From the IMG/VR virus record IMGVR_UViG_3300049489_001303, positions 32,001-96,000 of that record: DNA of 64,000 bases; one strand, 5' to 3'. Below, one piece after another: positions 19,278 through 29,724 of the stretch. This stretch comes from a virus. Both the position numbers and the translations under genes were made by a program. Position 1 is the stretch's first letter. Every line of letters begins with the position of its first letter. The notes under the pieces were generated by a model, which was not told where the DNA came from, did not search any database, and was given only the letters and a program-made list of their open reading frames with translations.

Positions 19278-20051
19278 TTAAAACAAGCTTCCGCCGGTAG
19301 CATCGCCCGCGTTCAGGTCGATGGGGGGCGCATTGGTTTCGGCCACAGTCGGTGCCGGTGTCGGAACTTTCTTTTTCGGGTCGAACACCATGCCCTTTAT
19401 GGGCCTATCCTGCTTGTCCATGTACTGGTAGTAGGTCTTCTCATCTACCGGGAAGAACTTGCCACCAGGTCCAGGCAATTCAAAAGTATTCTGCGCTTCC
19501 TGCACAACCTGATCCCCGTAAACCTGACCACGGGCCTTAGCGGCCCTTTCGGCGTTCTGTTGAGCAAGAATAGGGTCAGCCTGATTACCAGTAGTCCCCG
19601 CATCGGCGCTCCGTACAGTCTCACCACGAGCCTTTGCAGCAGCAGCTTCGCGATCGATAGCAGCCAACCCCGCAGCGTCGCCACCCACCGGCACCGGGGG
19701 TGCTTGTTTGACAGGCGTTCCGGTAGTGGGATCTTTGGCGACCATGTTCGGGAGCACCGTGGGCCTCGGCTGTTTAGCCTGGGGCGGAGGTGCGGGAGCT
19801 GCCGCGGTCTGTCCCGTAGGGGCAACAGGAGCTTTCCCCGCCGTAGCAGGCGCTTGTGCGGGTGCTTGAGCAGGAGCAGCGGGCTGCTGCGCCATCTTAT
19901 CCATGACACTCGCCAGGCTGATCAAACCCTTAGCCCCGGCAAGAACCTGTGCACACTTGATAGTATGCGCATACTTCTGCTCGGCGGCTTGTTTTCGCAA
20001 GCCAGCGGCAGCTTCACGGAGTTGGGTGACCATATTATTGTTGTCAGCCAT
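19278..20051 (-). CDS. Head-associated hypothetical protein (Pro/Ala/Gln-rich)
   Basis: KQAA, KCA, KMA; internal AAKARG repeat. Confidence 0.55.
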   Translation of the reverse strand: MADNNNMVTQLREAAAGLRKQAAEQKYAHTIKCAQVLAGAKGLISLASVMDKMAQQPAAPAQAPAQAPATAGKAPVAPTGQTAAAPAPPPQAKQPRPTVLPNMVAKDPTTGTPVKQAPPVPVGGDAAGLAAIDREAAAAKARGETVRSADAGTTGNQADPILAQQNAERAAKARGQVYGDQVVQEAQNTFELPGPGGKFFPVDEKTYYQYMDKQDRPIKGMVFDPKKKVPTPAPTVAETNAPPIDLNAGDATGGSLF

Positions 20052-20268
20052 CTTTGCGCCCCATCAGATTCTTGGCAAAAGAAAGGACATCTTCGTTCGT
20101 AACATCCGGAACCGCGGATTGGCTTCTAAGAAGGTTGGCCACCTTCTGAAGCTCTTGCGCCAACGGAACGGTCATGCTCTCAGTTGCAGCTGCCTGCTTA
20201 ACCAGAGCGGAATCCGTTCCCTGGATGGCGGCTTGTACGATGGCATCTATGTTCAGTTTGCGTGACAT
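20044..20268 (-). CDS. Small head-associated protein
   Basis: VKQAA, QKVA; operon context. Confidence 0.6.
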   Translation of the reverse strand: MSRKLNIDAIVQAAIQGTDSALVKQAAATESMTVPLAQELQKVANLLRSQSAVPDVTNEDVLSFAKNLMGRKDG

Positions 20269-20274
20269 GTTATC

Positions 20275-21144
20275 TTACTGGCGATTCGGGTCGAAGAGTT
20301 GATTCAGGCCTTCACGAATAAGGGGCCGGGGAGCCGGGTTCCCTGCCATACGGGTGTCCGGCTGGGCTTTAATCGTGGCGTTTCCACCGCGGATCTGCGG
20401 AGCCTGATCCATGTTCACAGTGGCCAAGGGGCTGTTTGCAGGCAGTGGGTCGTTACCCTCATCAATACCGTTAACAACGGCTGACTGCTTCAACAGCTCA
20501 ATCATGATCTCAGTCTCAGCTGCGCCCTTCAGGAATTCTTCCTGGAGTTCACTGGCGATTTTGTCTTCAGCCTCTTTGTAGCCACTTTCGTACTCTTCAG
20601 CGAGTTTCTCGAGAACCGGCATCAGGTTTTCCTGCTGGGCGAATTTCACGAGATCCTCTGGGGAGAGAGCTTCAGAAGCAGCCGCCAGTTTCTCAGCGCC
20701 GGACTGGAGATACTCTTCGTACTCGGCCTGTTTCTGCATGTCGCTGTTAGCGGGGGCGTGGCCCTGCTCCAGGCTATCGAGATATTCCGCGGCTTTCTGA
20801 ATACCAGCTTCGATACCGGCGTTGTAGCCGATACGGGTGGCTTCTTCCACGTCGCTTTCACTGTAGCCACCAGCAGCCGAAGCTACCTTGGCCATTTCAC
20901 CTTCGTAAGAACCGAAGCGGGTGATGATAGCATCGGCCATCGCCTGACCCATCATGGAGGCATGGGCGAGCTCAGCCTGCTTCTCGGCGCCGGAGAGTTC
21001 CGCGGCGATCTTCAGGAGATCATCGACCGCGTTATTCTGCGTGGCGGGCTGAGTATTCGTTACTTGAGGTGCCGGGGCGCTCGCTGTCTTTACGCTGCCC
21101 GTGCGTTCCTGTTCAACCTGATTCAGAATAGTTTGTAAATCCAT
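20275..21144 (-). CDS. Prohead core/scaffold protein
   Basis: Acidic helical protein with about 11 K-x-A motifs; GAGAGG SD before ATG 21144. Confidence 0.6.
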   Translation of the reverse strand: MDLQTILNQVEQERTGSVKTASAPAPQVTNTQPATQNNAVDDLLKIAAELSGAEKQAELAHASMMGQAMADAIITRFGSYEGEMAKVASAAGGYSESDVEEATRIGYNAGIEAGIQKAAEYLDSLEQGHAPANSDMQKQAEYEEYLQSGAEKLAAASEALSPEDLVKFAQQENLMPVLEKLAEEYESGYKEAEDKIASELQEEFLKGAAETEIMIELLKQSAVVNGIDEGNDPLPANSPLATVNMDQAPQIRGGNATIKAQPDTRMAGNPAPRPLIREGLNQLFDPNRQ

Positions 21145-21218
21145 CTTGTTTTTCCTCTCCGTCAGAGTGTTACGCACCTAATCATAGGGTGCGAGTTATA
21201 GTTCAACAACACAAAAAA

Positions 21219-23330
21219 TCAGCCATCAACTATTATCCAACCCAGCCATTCAGCCAATTTATCAAGGTCAACTTCGGGTAGAGTTACCGCGCTGTCCGGG
21301 GTAGCTACCATCTCAGGCAGAATACTGGCGATTTTTTCTCCAGAGGCCAACTGTGAGAGTTTAACTGATGCCGTACCACCTCTAAGGCCTTGTAAGGTGC
21401 CCTCAATAGAAGGCCGCACAGCATTTTCAACACTACGCACAGCCTTCTGTACGCCTGTTCTACCCAGACCTTTATGCAGTAAAGCCGACCCACCGAGCAG
21501 GGAGATAATGGGATGGTTACTGGTGAATTCACCGGCAGTATCCATCATGCGCCGCGGCAGCGGCAGGCCCGGATGCCCTAGGGGAACACCATCATAGCTA
21601 CGACGTTTCTGGTCATATGCCAGAGCAGCCATGATGCCCAGCATCGTCATTGTAGGGATAGCCACGGGGTACTTACCCATAGTGTTGGCTACCGTATTTG
21701 CCACAGAGGACATCTTGGACAGCTCTGTGGTGATAGGCACCGGTACACCCTGGTCTGTCATGTAGTGCTTGCCCATTGTAGGACGCGCAGCATACCCTGC
21801 AGCAGCCAGGCCGGCGGCAAGCAGCGGGTGTTTGATAGGACCTACCGACATACCGCCCTTGGGCAGTGCACTACCGATCAGCTTGTAGGCGCCACCCAGT
21901 AACGCCGCTCCCCCCAACGTCTTAAGGAGGTTGGCACGAGCGATGTCATCATGAGACCTTATAGCAGCCCCACGGGTGGTAGCATAAACCTCTCCCGTAG
22001 CGGGATCTGTCAGTGTAAACTGTGTGGTCTTTCCGGGATCCTGTTTCCAATCTTCAGGAATGGCACGACGCTTGAGGTACTCATAAACACCCCCGCGTTT
22101 CTCAACGAAAGGCGTAAGGGTATCAGTCAAGTCTCCACGAACGTATTCCGGGCCGAAAGCCAGAGCGCCGGTCTTAGCTAACTGCTCCATGATCTGAGGA
22201 TGGTCCTCCAGCAGTTCAATAACTCCGGACTGGACGACTCCAGCGTTGTCGAGCATCCGCTGTGATATCTTCTGAATATGCCCCTGCTTGTAAGCGCTGA
22301 CCTTCAGGAACTCAGCAGCGCTTAACTGCATCCCCCCAACGGCCATCGCCGAAGAGACGACCTCAGGAAGGGAGTAAGAGGCGAGCTTCTGTACAGTCTC
22401 CTCGGGGAGATCCGGGGTGTTCGCCGCAATACCCTGGGCATAGGGGCGCATCTTGATAAGGTTCTGATACTCTTCGGTGGACATATTGTCCGGGATAGAG
22501 TCTACAGACACTCCACGAACGACCTTATCAATAACGGCCAGCTTCTTTGCCGCCAGTTTCTGCTGCTCCATCCCGTCGAGATACTCCCCCGCCGCGGCGC
22601 CGGAAATAACCTCGTAGGCCTGGTTGTTGGCAACCTTCTTGAGCATGAATGCTGTGGCGTCTGCTGGCCTGAACACCCAGGAGATATCAAAAAACTTGGG
22701 AGAGGGATTCAACGCAGCCACCTTCTTACCGTCGATGACTTCTTTCATCTGAAACTTGAGGTGGTTGCAGTATTGGGCGCGGGTGGGAGCCGTATTCCCA
22801 CAAATCGTGCAGCGATCGAACGGGACCCTGGTGCCCATACTCACAGGCGGAAACTCACCAGCTGCAATGCGCTCTGCGAGGTCAGGGGCTTTAGAATTAT
22901 CCAGATCCACCACGAGTTCTACGCGGTGCATTGTAGGATTCCAGAAGGCCCTGAGAACTTTACCCACAGCTTTTTGCGGGTCTTTATTTACATGGTGCCG
23001 GAAGTTGTGCGCCGATTCAAACGACTTGTAGTGCTGCACCAGCGTCTCTTTGTCGCTGATCCAAGGGGGATTCAGGTGCGACATATAGGGGCTCTCAGGA
23101 AACCCATCGCCATTGCGGTTCTCACCGTAAAACTCCCACGACCCCAACGCCAGAACGTAGACAATACTGTGGCCTGGGATGGGGGTGATAGTCTTGAAAT
23201 AGTCGTTGGCCACGCTGGCATGTTTGGTGAACTGCTCATAGCACGGCTTACCATTGGCCCAGAGAACTACGGGCTGGATGGAAGCTTCCCCGGTAGGGAA
23301 GTAGGGATCTATTTCGACTATCTTATGCAT
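21219..23330 (-). CDS. Prohead (capsid maturation) serine protease with C-terminal hydrophobic extension
   Basis: N.NGD.F, H.N (His), VSMG (Ser), C..C/C.H Zn site, FFDISWV..PAD: HK97/herpes-type head protease pattern. Confidence 0.8.
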   Translation of the reverse strand: MHKIVEIDPYFPTGEASIQPVVLWANGKPCYEQFTKHASVANDYFKTITPIPGHSIVYVLALGSWEFYGENRNGDGFPESPYMSHLNPPWISDKETLVQHYKSFESAHNFRHHVNKDPQKAVGKVLRAFWNPTMHRVELVVDLDNSKAPDLAERIAAGEFPPVSMGTRVPFDRCTICGNTAPTRAQYCNHLKFQMKEVIDGKKVAALNPSPKFFDISWVFRPADATAFMLKKVANNQAYEVISGAAAGEYLDGMEQQKLAAKKLAVIDKVVRGVSVDSIPDNMSTEEYQNLIKMRPYAQGIAANTPDLPEETVQKLASYSLPEVVSSAMAVGGMQLSAAEFLKVSAYKQGHIQKISQRMLDNAGVVQSGVIELLEDHPQIMEQLAKTGALAFGPEYVRGDLTDTLTPFVEKRGGVYEYLKRRAIPEDWKQDPGKTTQFTLTDPATGEVYATTRGAAIRSHDDIARANLLKTLGGAALLGGAYKLIGSALPKGGMSVGPIKHPLLAAGLAAAGYAARPTMGKHYMTDQGVPVPITTELSKMSSVANTVANTMGKYPVAIPTMTMLGIMAALAYDQKRRSYDGVPLGHPGLPLPRRMMDTAGEFTSNHPIISLLGGSALLHKGLGRTGVQKAVRSVENAVRPSIEGTLQGLRGGTASVKLSQLASGEKIASILPEMVATPDSAVTLPEVDLDKLAEWLGWIIVDG

Positions 23331-23343
23331 CTATCGCCTCTTC

Positions 23344-23736
23344 CTATTTGCCACTGAAGTCGATGGGCGGCGGTGTGTATCCTGGAAAAGAATTACTGAA
23401 AGGGGGCGCCATGCGATTCGTGGAGTCCTTCTGGCCCTTCTGCTTATTCGCGGCATCTGGCGCCGGTGCTGGAGCCGGAGCCGGAACCGGAACTGGAGCT
23501 GTAGCCGCCGCTTTCTGCAACTGATGCAGAGCGATCAGGCCATCGCCGATACCCTTCCAGCGTTCCTGCCGCTCTGCGACTTTCGTGCACAGGTAGGCAG
23601 TGACGTTCTCCAGGGTGAGCTCTTCACCAACCAGATGCTCGGCCAGCTTGTGGGTGCCATAGGTGGCTACGGCAACCTTGATGCTGTCGGGCATATAGGC
23701 CATCATGATTCTGTCGAGTTCCTGTTCGTTAACCAT
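23344..23736 (-). CDS. Head-associated hypothetical protein
   Basis: Four K-x-A motifs, PA repeat. Confidence 0.6.
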   Translation of the reverse strand: MVNEQELDRIMMAYMPDSIKVAVATYGTHKLAEHLVGEELTLENVTAYLCTKVAERQERWKGIGDGLIALHQLQKAAATAPVPVPAPAPAPAPDAANKQKGQKDSTNRMAPPFSNSFPGYTPPPIDFSGK

Positions 23737-23741
23737 TGCCG

Positions 23742-24416
23742 TTACCTCCAGCTTCCGCCGCCGTGAGCCAGCGCTTTTTTAATGGCCGTCTCAGCAGTAG
23801 CCAGGCCTTCAATTGTTCTGTAGTCGATCGCGCCACCCATCATAATAGCGTTCCTCAGGAAAGACAACACGGCGTGTGGGTCCGTACTGAGGGTGGGCGC
23901 AAACCGGGACATCGTGGCGTAGAGCTTCTCCAGGTCGCCGGGGTGCTCTGTCTCATAGCGCTTGAGAGAGGGCTCAGTTTCCAGAAGGCGCTGGAGAATA
24001 GCCACCCGTGCTTTACGGTGTACGGTCATATCCTTGATGTTGTTGTGGGCCGCTACCATTCCACCGATGCCGGCGTTGGTAAGCTCAGCACCTACGGCGC
24101 CTGCAAAACCACCCGTGAGGCCCATGAGCATTCCACGTCCAGCAGCCTGGCCCAGACCCATTTGGGGGTTAGAATCGGTTGGACGGTGAGCAGCCTCTTT
24201 GGCCATAAGTCGGAACTCGTTAAGGGCCAGAAGATGTGCGTATTTCCCAGTATAACGTTCCATGAGTTTCTCCTCCTCATCTTTGATCTTGTCTTTAGTG
24301 CCGGACACTGAGGCTCCCACGCCGGCAACACCGGTGGCCGTTACCACTTTAGAACGCAGAGAGCTCTTTGCTCCCGCATTCCCGACACCCTTAACAGCTT
24401 TTTCCCAGATACTCAT
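23742..24416 (-). CDS. Putative internal/ejection protein with Gly zipper
   Basis: KEAA, GLTGGFAGAVG. Confidence 0.6.
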   Translation of the reverse strand: MSIWEKAVKGVGNAGAKSSLRSKVVTATGVAGVGASVSGTKDKIKDEEEKLMERYTGKYAHLLALNEFRLMAKEAAHRPTDSNPQMGLGQAAGRGMLMGLTGGFAGAVGAELTNAGIGGMVAAHNNIKDMTVHRKARVAILQRLLETEPSLKRYETEHPGDLEKLYATMSRFAPTLSTDPHAVLSFLRNAIMMGGAIDYRTIEGLATAETAIKKALAHGGGSWR

Positions 24417-25264
24417 CAGCCCACCTTCGGTGCCATTTTTACGGCATTTTCAATACCCACCGCCAACCTCTGAACAGTCTCTCTGTCGGCCCTGGCAGTC
24501 TTTACAAGATTAAGTATATCGCGGCATTCCGGATCCTGTACAGAAACATGATACTCGATAACGTGCGCCACCTTCTCCGGGTCGCCCAACAGCCCTGCGG
24601 ACATATCCATGCTGTTGTAGTGGCGCAGCATCTTCAGCTCGGGAAGCACATCTGCACCCAAAGCCGCCACGGCGTTCTTCTCGAAGTTGTCTACAGCCAT
24701 CTTGCCGACGTAAGTTACGCGCATGAGCTGTGCCGCCTTTTCCAGCTTATCTCCCCAGGCAATCTCAGCCTGACGCTGCTGATCCCGCATGATTTCACCA
24801 GCACGCTTGAACATGGCTTTGAGCTCAACCGGATGTACATCCGGACCCACAGCACGTTCCACGCCGATGTGCACCGTTTCAGAGGCGGTCTTTGTCAGTG
24901 GGGCTTGTTTCATGCTCCCGTAGTAGTCGAGGGCGCGGTCGTAGGACTCGTCAGAGGCTACCTTGCCGAGACCGGACGTGTCGGCCTGAGCCAAGCCTCC
25001 CAGTTGAGAAATGACCTGCTCGGGATCCCCGACGGTGAAATTGAACATCCTGTCCGGAGCGCCCTCCGAGGCGGCCTTACCGAACATGTTCTCGAAGACG
25101 GCCACATTGGACAGACGCACCAGTGTACGGATACCTTCGGGGTTAAGCCCGTTATGCTGGGCCAACTTGAGAGCGAGGTCATTAACGCTTTGAGCCCCAC
25201 CCGAAGAGGTGTGTGTGTTACCGATCTCCTGAGCTGCGCTTTCAAACTGTTGTCTATTCCACAT
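24416..25264 (-). CDS. Head-associated hypothetical protein
   Basis: About 9 K-x-A motifs (KVAS, KTAS, KMA). Confidence 0.65.
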   Translation of the reverse strand: MWNRQQFESAAQEIGNTHTSSGGAQSVNDLALKLAQHNGLNPEGIRTLVRLSNVAVFENMFGKAASEGAPDRMFNFTVGDPEQVISQLGGLAQADTSGLGKVASDESYDRALDYYGSMKQAPLTKTASETVHIGVERAVGPDVHPVELKAMFKRAGEIMRDQQRQAEIAWGDKLEKAAQLMRVTYVGKMAVDNFEKNAVAALGADVLPELKMLRHYNSMDMSAGLLGDPEKVAHVIEYHVSVQDPECRDILNLVKTARADRETVQRLAVGIENAVKMAPKVG

Positions 25265-25291
25265 GGCTTAACTCACTTTCAAGGCACCTTC

Positions 25292-26002
25292 TCAGTGCAT
25301 GATATCCGTTAAAGGTACTCCGAGCTCTTTCGGGTTAACTACATTCTTCCGCTGTTCGATGGCCAGGACAGCGTCCATAGAAGTGTCATTGTCGGTCTTG
25401 GCATTCCGCAGTTCCATCACGGACTTAACAGCAATAGCTCCCCACTTGAAAGCCTCTTTCGCCGCGGCGGAGTTCACAGAAGATCCACGAGCTACCATAG
25501 CCTTGGAATAAGCTGTCATTGTCCACCTGGAAAGGATCTCTTTCTCGGGGATCTCCATCACGTCATTGCCCATGGTCCAGTAATCCATCAGCACGGAAGG
25601 CCCATAGGCCAGACCCACTTCAATCTGTCGCCGGACGTCATCGGTAGCTTTGTTGGCAGCATAGTATTTGCCATACAGACGCCACTCCATCTTGTTCTTG
25701 AGCTGAGTTCTGTCCATGAACAGAGACTCAAAAACACGCAGGACTTCGATCCGTACGCCGGTGCCGTAGAGTATCTGATTAAGGGTAGCCCCGCTGAGAA
25801 AAAAAGAAACAAGGGTGTCCCTCTCATAGGGGACATGGAACAGGTAAAGGGCTTCACGGATAATATCGTCCGGCTTGGCACCGGTGATAACATCGTAAAC
25901 TTCCCGCAAGAATACCTCTTCAGGTGGCGTCTTTTCCTGAACTGCCTGTTGGACCTTTTCCCAACGCCAGTCCGGCGGTAGCGGGGCGGAAAACTTAAGC
26001 AT
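25292..26002 (-). CDS. Hypothetical protein
   Basis: 236 aa ORF coupled to the upstream gene. Confidence 0.65.
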   Translation of the reverse strand: MLKFSAPLPPDWRWEKVQQAVQEKTPPEEVFLREVYDVITGAKPDDIIREALYLFHVPYERDTLVSFFLSGATLNQILYGTGVRIEVLRVFESLFMDRTQLKNKMEWRLYGKYYAANKATDDVRRQIEVGLAYGPSVLMDYWTMGNDVMEIPEKEILSRWTMTAYSKAMVARGSSVNSAAAKEAFKWGAIAVKSVMELRNAKTDNDTSMDAVLAIEQRKNVVNPKELGVPLTDIMH

Positions 26003-28605
26003 CAGGTTGCCTGCGGCTGTTCCTCTGATGTGCTCTGTGCCGAGCTGTACTTATTCAGCTGCAGCACCAGCTCACCCATGTTTTTAAACAGGTTACGCAG
26101 CCGATCTTCCAACTGCGTGAAAGCCTCATCACCGACGTTCTCTTTGGTCTCACGCTCTTTAACCCACAGGGTGAGGAGCACACGACCCAGGTTATCCAGA
26201 GCTTTCTCAAGCTGTGGGATATAGGAAGCTGTGATGTCCTGGAACACAGGGGCGGAAGCCACCATGGCAATAGCCCCGGCATCCATAGTTCCCTGGTCCT
26301 GAAGACCTGCAGCCTGCTCCACAAACGAGGGGTTAACCTGCTGCTGAACCTGTTCCGGAGAAAGGTCGCCTTGCTCCATGAACGCCGGAGGAGGCGGCTG
26401 GGGCGGCGGAACCGGTGCGATCGCCTGTGCAGCTACCTGCGGAGACTGCTCAGCACCAGCGGGAATTTGACCGTTGGAGGCTCCCGACAAGGCCATCGAA
26501 CGCTGCTGAATGCCTTGCAGAACCTGCATCAGCGCTTGGTTCTGCTGCATTTCCATGTCCATCTTTTGCTTCATCTGCTCCATCTGAGCCTGGTTCTGCT
26601 GCTGAGTCAGTTGGTTCTGCTGAGTCAGATTCTGCAGAGCTTCCCCGATAGCAAGATCTGTCGGGGAGATGGGGGCAGGCGCTGGCGCTTGCTGTTGAGC
26701 CTGCTGAGGATCCCCACCCTGCGACCCGGGTTGATCCGGCTGTGCTTTGATAGGTGCCTCAGAACTTTGCGGGGTTTCGGCCGACAGCTTATAGAGCAGG
26801 CGACCGAGGTTGTCCATCGCTGTTTTGTCCAGGATGTAGGTGTTGGCGTGGCCATACTTCTGGGCGTTATTCAGCACTCGGGTAGAGTCATCAATAGACA
26901 GGTGGTACATTGTAGCCACCTTCTGAAGGGCTTCGCCCAGGGTGAACGCATGGCTGTGGCCATCGATCCACCACTCATTGTGTCCTGCGTGCTTCACACC
27001 AGCTACCGCGGCGCCAGCATCTTTGAAGATAGACTTGAGCCATGAGCGGAAGCGGGTGGGATCCGTGATGATCGACTTAACGAACTGCGTCATCTTCCGT
27101 TTGTATTCCCAAGCCTTCTCACCCTTGGCTCCTGGGATTTTCACGAAATGAGCATCATTGGGCAGGAACACACGGGTGCCGCCGGTCTCTGTGTGGGTGA
27201 CAACGATCTTACCCTTAAGGGCCTGATCCTCGGCACCCCGAACAAACATAGTGGGTTCCCCGTCCGCGGTTACCGTGGAGATGCCGTTGGCTTTAATCAC
27301 CTGCGATACCACAAAAGGCTCTGTACACTGCAGGCCCCGGGGAGACGGGTTGATAAAGAAGCCATAGTCCTTCGGCGCGGGGGTATCACCCTCGGTGAAG
27401 TATTTGGAGATCTTGGCTTTCAGCAGGCCATTGCTCTCACTGGGGAAGAGGGGGTCTCCAACCACTTTGTCAGACACAAAGATCTTGGCCATGTCCTTGC
27501 TGATAACCAGGAACTTCTTAGCTTTCTCTTTAGGATTGAACGGGTCCGGATTATGATAGGCTTCTACCTCCATACGCCGCTCTATGGCGCTGGGGGTCTC
27601 TACCAGCGGAACTGCCAGATAGTTCTCGGCGGGACCGTCCAAGGAGTAGATTCGGAGCCAACCGGCGCCGGGGCCCGGAGCCGAAAGACTGACTGTACCC
27701 TCCACCTCTACTGCGATCTTATCCAGACCGACACGGGTGTCTTTAATGGCCAGACCGTACTGCCGGATCGTCGAGAAGGCCTCTCCGGCCATCTTTCCGA
27801 ACACTCTCTTGAGGTCTTCTTTGGAGGCTGTCTTGGTCAGTACATCCAGACTCCCATTAAGCTCCAGAACTGCCTGTTTGATCTGCCCACGCATTGTGTG
27901 TTCTGCAGCATTTCTGGTGTAACCGCTCTGCATAGCTTGAATCAAAGCGGTCTTCCCATAGCAGCTTGCCAGCTTGGAGAACATGCTGGGGTTTTTCTCG
28001 AAGGCCAGCTTGAGGCCATCCAGCGCAACTTTGGGGGCAGCACTGATAACGTCCAGGAAGTGCATCTCGGAGGCTTCGGCCCGCTTGGTCAGCTGGCGGA
28101 GCATCCGCGGAATATCCGACTCAGCATCATCAGCATAGCCTACGCGGCCATACTCTGCAGTAGGAGGCTGCACCAGATTTCGGATGTTAACGTCGGTAGC
28201 TGCACCGGGAGGCATGTCCTGACCGCGGCCCATTTCCGACAAGGACAGACGAGCCAGCTCGTTGATCCAGGCGGTGCTGAGCGGGAGGAAGATTCCCAGG
28301 TTTTTACTGTAAAGAATTTCCAGGGGTTTAAGGCGGCTATCCCCGAGAACTGCCGGGATGTAGACCGTCAAACCATCCTTCACCAGGATGAAAACACCCA
28401 GAGCATCACCCTGTGTAGCATCCATGTTCAGGATCTTAAAGGTAACGATACTGGGGGCCAGATCAGCGAAGCGGGAGAACATGACCTGATAGGCCATGTC
28501 CGAGAAACGCTGCTTGAACATCTGCTCCATGGCCTCAGGCCCTTGGGGCTGCTGCTGGTTGCCGTAAGCCTGAACTTCAGGTGACATTTGAAAAATACCG
28601 GGCAT
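26002..28605 (-). CDS. Large head-associated protein (867 aa, Q/P-rich linker)
   Basis: About 10 K-x-A motifs; GGAGG SD; promoter TTTCCA-N17-TATAAT upstream. Confidence 0.7.
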   Translation of the reverse strand: MPGIFQMSPEVQAYGNQQQPQGPEAMEQMFKQRFSDMAYQVMFSRFADLAPSIVTFKILNMDATQGDALGVFILVKDGLTVYIPAVLGDSRLKPLEILYSKNLGIFLPLSTAWINELARLSLSEMGRGQDMPPGAATDVNIRNLVQPPTAEYGRVGYADDAESDIPRMLRQLTKRAEASEMHFLDVISAAPKVALDGLKLAFEKNPSMFSKLASCYGKTALIQAMQSGYTRNAAEHTMRGQIKQAVLELNGSLDVLTKTASKEDLKRVFGKMAGEAFSTIRQYGLAIKDTRVGLDKIAVEVEGTVSLSAPGPGAGWLRIYSLDGPAENYLAVPLVETPSAIERRMEVEAYHNPDPFNPKEKAKKFLVISKDMAKIFVSDKVVGDPLFPSESNGLLKAKISKYFTEGDTPAPKDYGFFINPSPRGLQCTEPFVVSQVIKANGISTVTADGEPTMFVRGAEDQALKGKIVVTHTETGGTRVFLPNDAHFVKIPGAKGEKAWEYKRKMTQFVKSIITDPTRFRSWLKSIFKDAGAAVAGVKHAGHNEWWIDGHSHAFTLGEALQKVATMYHLSIDDSTRVLNNAQKYGHANTYILDKTAMDNLGRLLYKLSAETPQSSEAPIKAQPDQPGSQGGDPQQAQQQAPAPAPISPTDLAIGEALQNLTQQNQLTQQQNQAQMEQMKQKMDMEMQQNQALMQVLQGIQQRSMALSGASNGQIPAGAEQSPQVAAQAIAPVPPPQPPPPAFMEQGDLSPEQVQQQVNPSFVEQAAGLQDQGTMDAGAIAMVASAPVFQDITASYIPQLEKALDNLGRVLLTLWVKERETKENVGDEAFTQLEDRLRNLFKNMGELVLQLNKYSSAQSTSEEQPQAT

Positions 28606-28703
28606 ATCAATCCTCCAAGGTAATTGAATTGGGCACTAAAGCAACTTAATTATAAGGGCTTGAAAGGGAATTGGAAAGCGTTTTCGGGTGGGATAACGTA
28701 GGA

Positions 28704-29627
28704 CTACAGAAGAGCAGCGCCTACTTTGCGCAGATGCTCGCGGCCTTCAGGTGTGGAAAGCAGGTAGTCCATCGCCTGTTTGGTCCCGACATCGGCCGTC
28801 AGCTGATTGCTGACAGGAGCAGAAGCACCGGGCTCACCGCCGGGATGACCGACGATAGTTCCCACATTGGCTCCCTGCGGAATACTCTGAGCACTGTGAC
28901 CCATGCTGCTGGCAACGGCGCCCGGAATATTGATGTTGTCCGGGAGATCCTTGCGCGGGGCCGGAGCTTTACCCAGACCAGTGTCGCCACCGGAAAGAGA
29001 AGCGCCATCAGCAGCGGACTTACCGAGGTGAGCGAGGATCGCGGCAAGCTTGGACACGTTGCCCATCGGGGCATTTTCCTGTGCGCCAGGCTGAACGTCG
29101 CGTTTCATTTCCTGACCAACGGCGCCGGCTGCGGTGTTGAAGCGGGTGCTTCCCGGCTCGCCGGTGTATTCCGCCGACGGGTAGTTTTTGGCGTCGATCT
29201 CGGCCTCAGCAGTAGCACCGAGTTCAGGTTTCGGAGGGGTCTCACCCGGAACCATCGGTCCACCGGTCGAAGAAGACTCCTCAGCAACTTTCTGCATGAG
29301 GGTATAGATCGATACCGCGGCGGCATCAGCATAGTCCAGAGAAGCAGAAGCTTGTTTGAGCTCTTCTTCTTCGGGACCGATAGCCGCAGGATCGGCGTGC
29401 TCATTGATTGTCTGAGCTACTTCCACGATCTGATCCAGCACGGCTTTAGCCTGCTCAGGAGAAAGACCATCCGGAGGAGTGAGTTCAGGAACTTCTTCCT
29501 CTCCCATATTATCCGCGATGGCGTCCGCAGCTTCGTCTTCAGCAAACTTGGTCGGCCAGGAGACGATACCTTGGCGGGTCAGCTCGTGAACCATTCCACG
29601 GATATGTGCGCGTTTATAAATTCCCAT
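28704..29627 (-). CDS. Head-associated hypothetical protein
   Basis: Seven K-x-A motifs; GGAGG SD; promoter TTGGGT-N17-TATAAT. Confidence 0.7.
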   Translation of the reverse strand: MGIYKRAHIRGMVHELTRQGIVSWPTKFAEDEAADAIADNMGEEEVPELTPPDGLSPEQAKAVLDQIVEVAQTINEHADPAAIGPEEEELKQASASLDYADAAAVSIYTLMQKVAEESSSTGGPMVPGETPPKPELGATAEAEIDAKNYPSAEYTGEPGSTRFNTAAGAVGQEMKRDVQPGAQENAPMGNVSKLAAILAHLGKSAADGASLSGGDTGLGKAPAPRKDLPDNINIPGAVASSMGHSAQSIPQGANVGTIVGHPGGEPGASAPVSNQLTADVGTKQAMDYLLSTPEGREHLRKVGAALL

Positions 29628-29724
29628 AATAATCCTCCCAAGTGGGTTTCGGTGTTGCTCACCGGCTGTTACACTGAACCAATTATATAGCAGTTTGCCT
29701 GGTCACCCAAGCGCAATTCAAAAA

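Noticed and set aside
23455-23500. Short GC-rich tandem repeats (also the Gln-rich tract near 26540..26710)
   Set aside because: They encode Pro-Ala or Gln linkers and are not independent DNA repeats.
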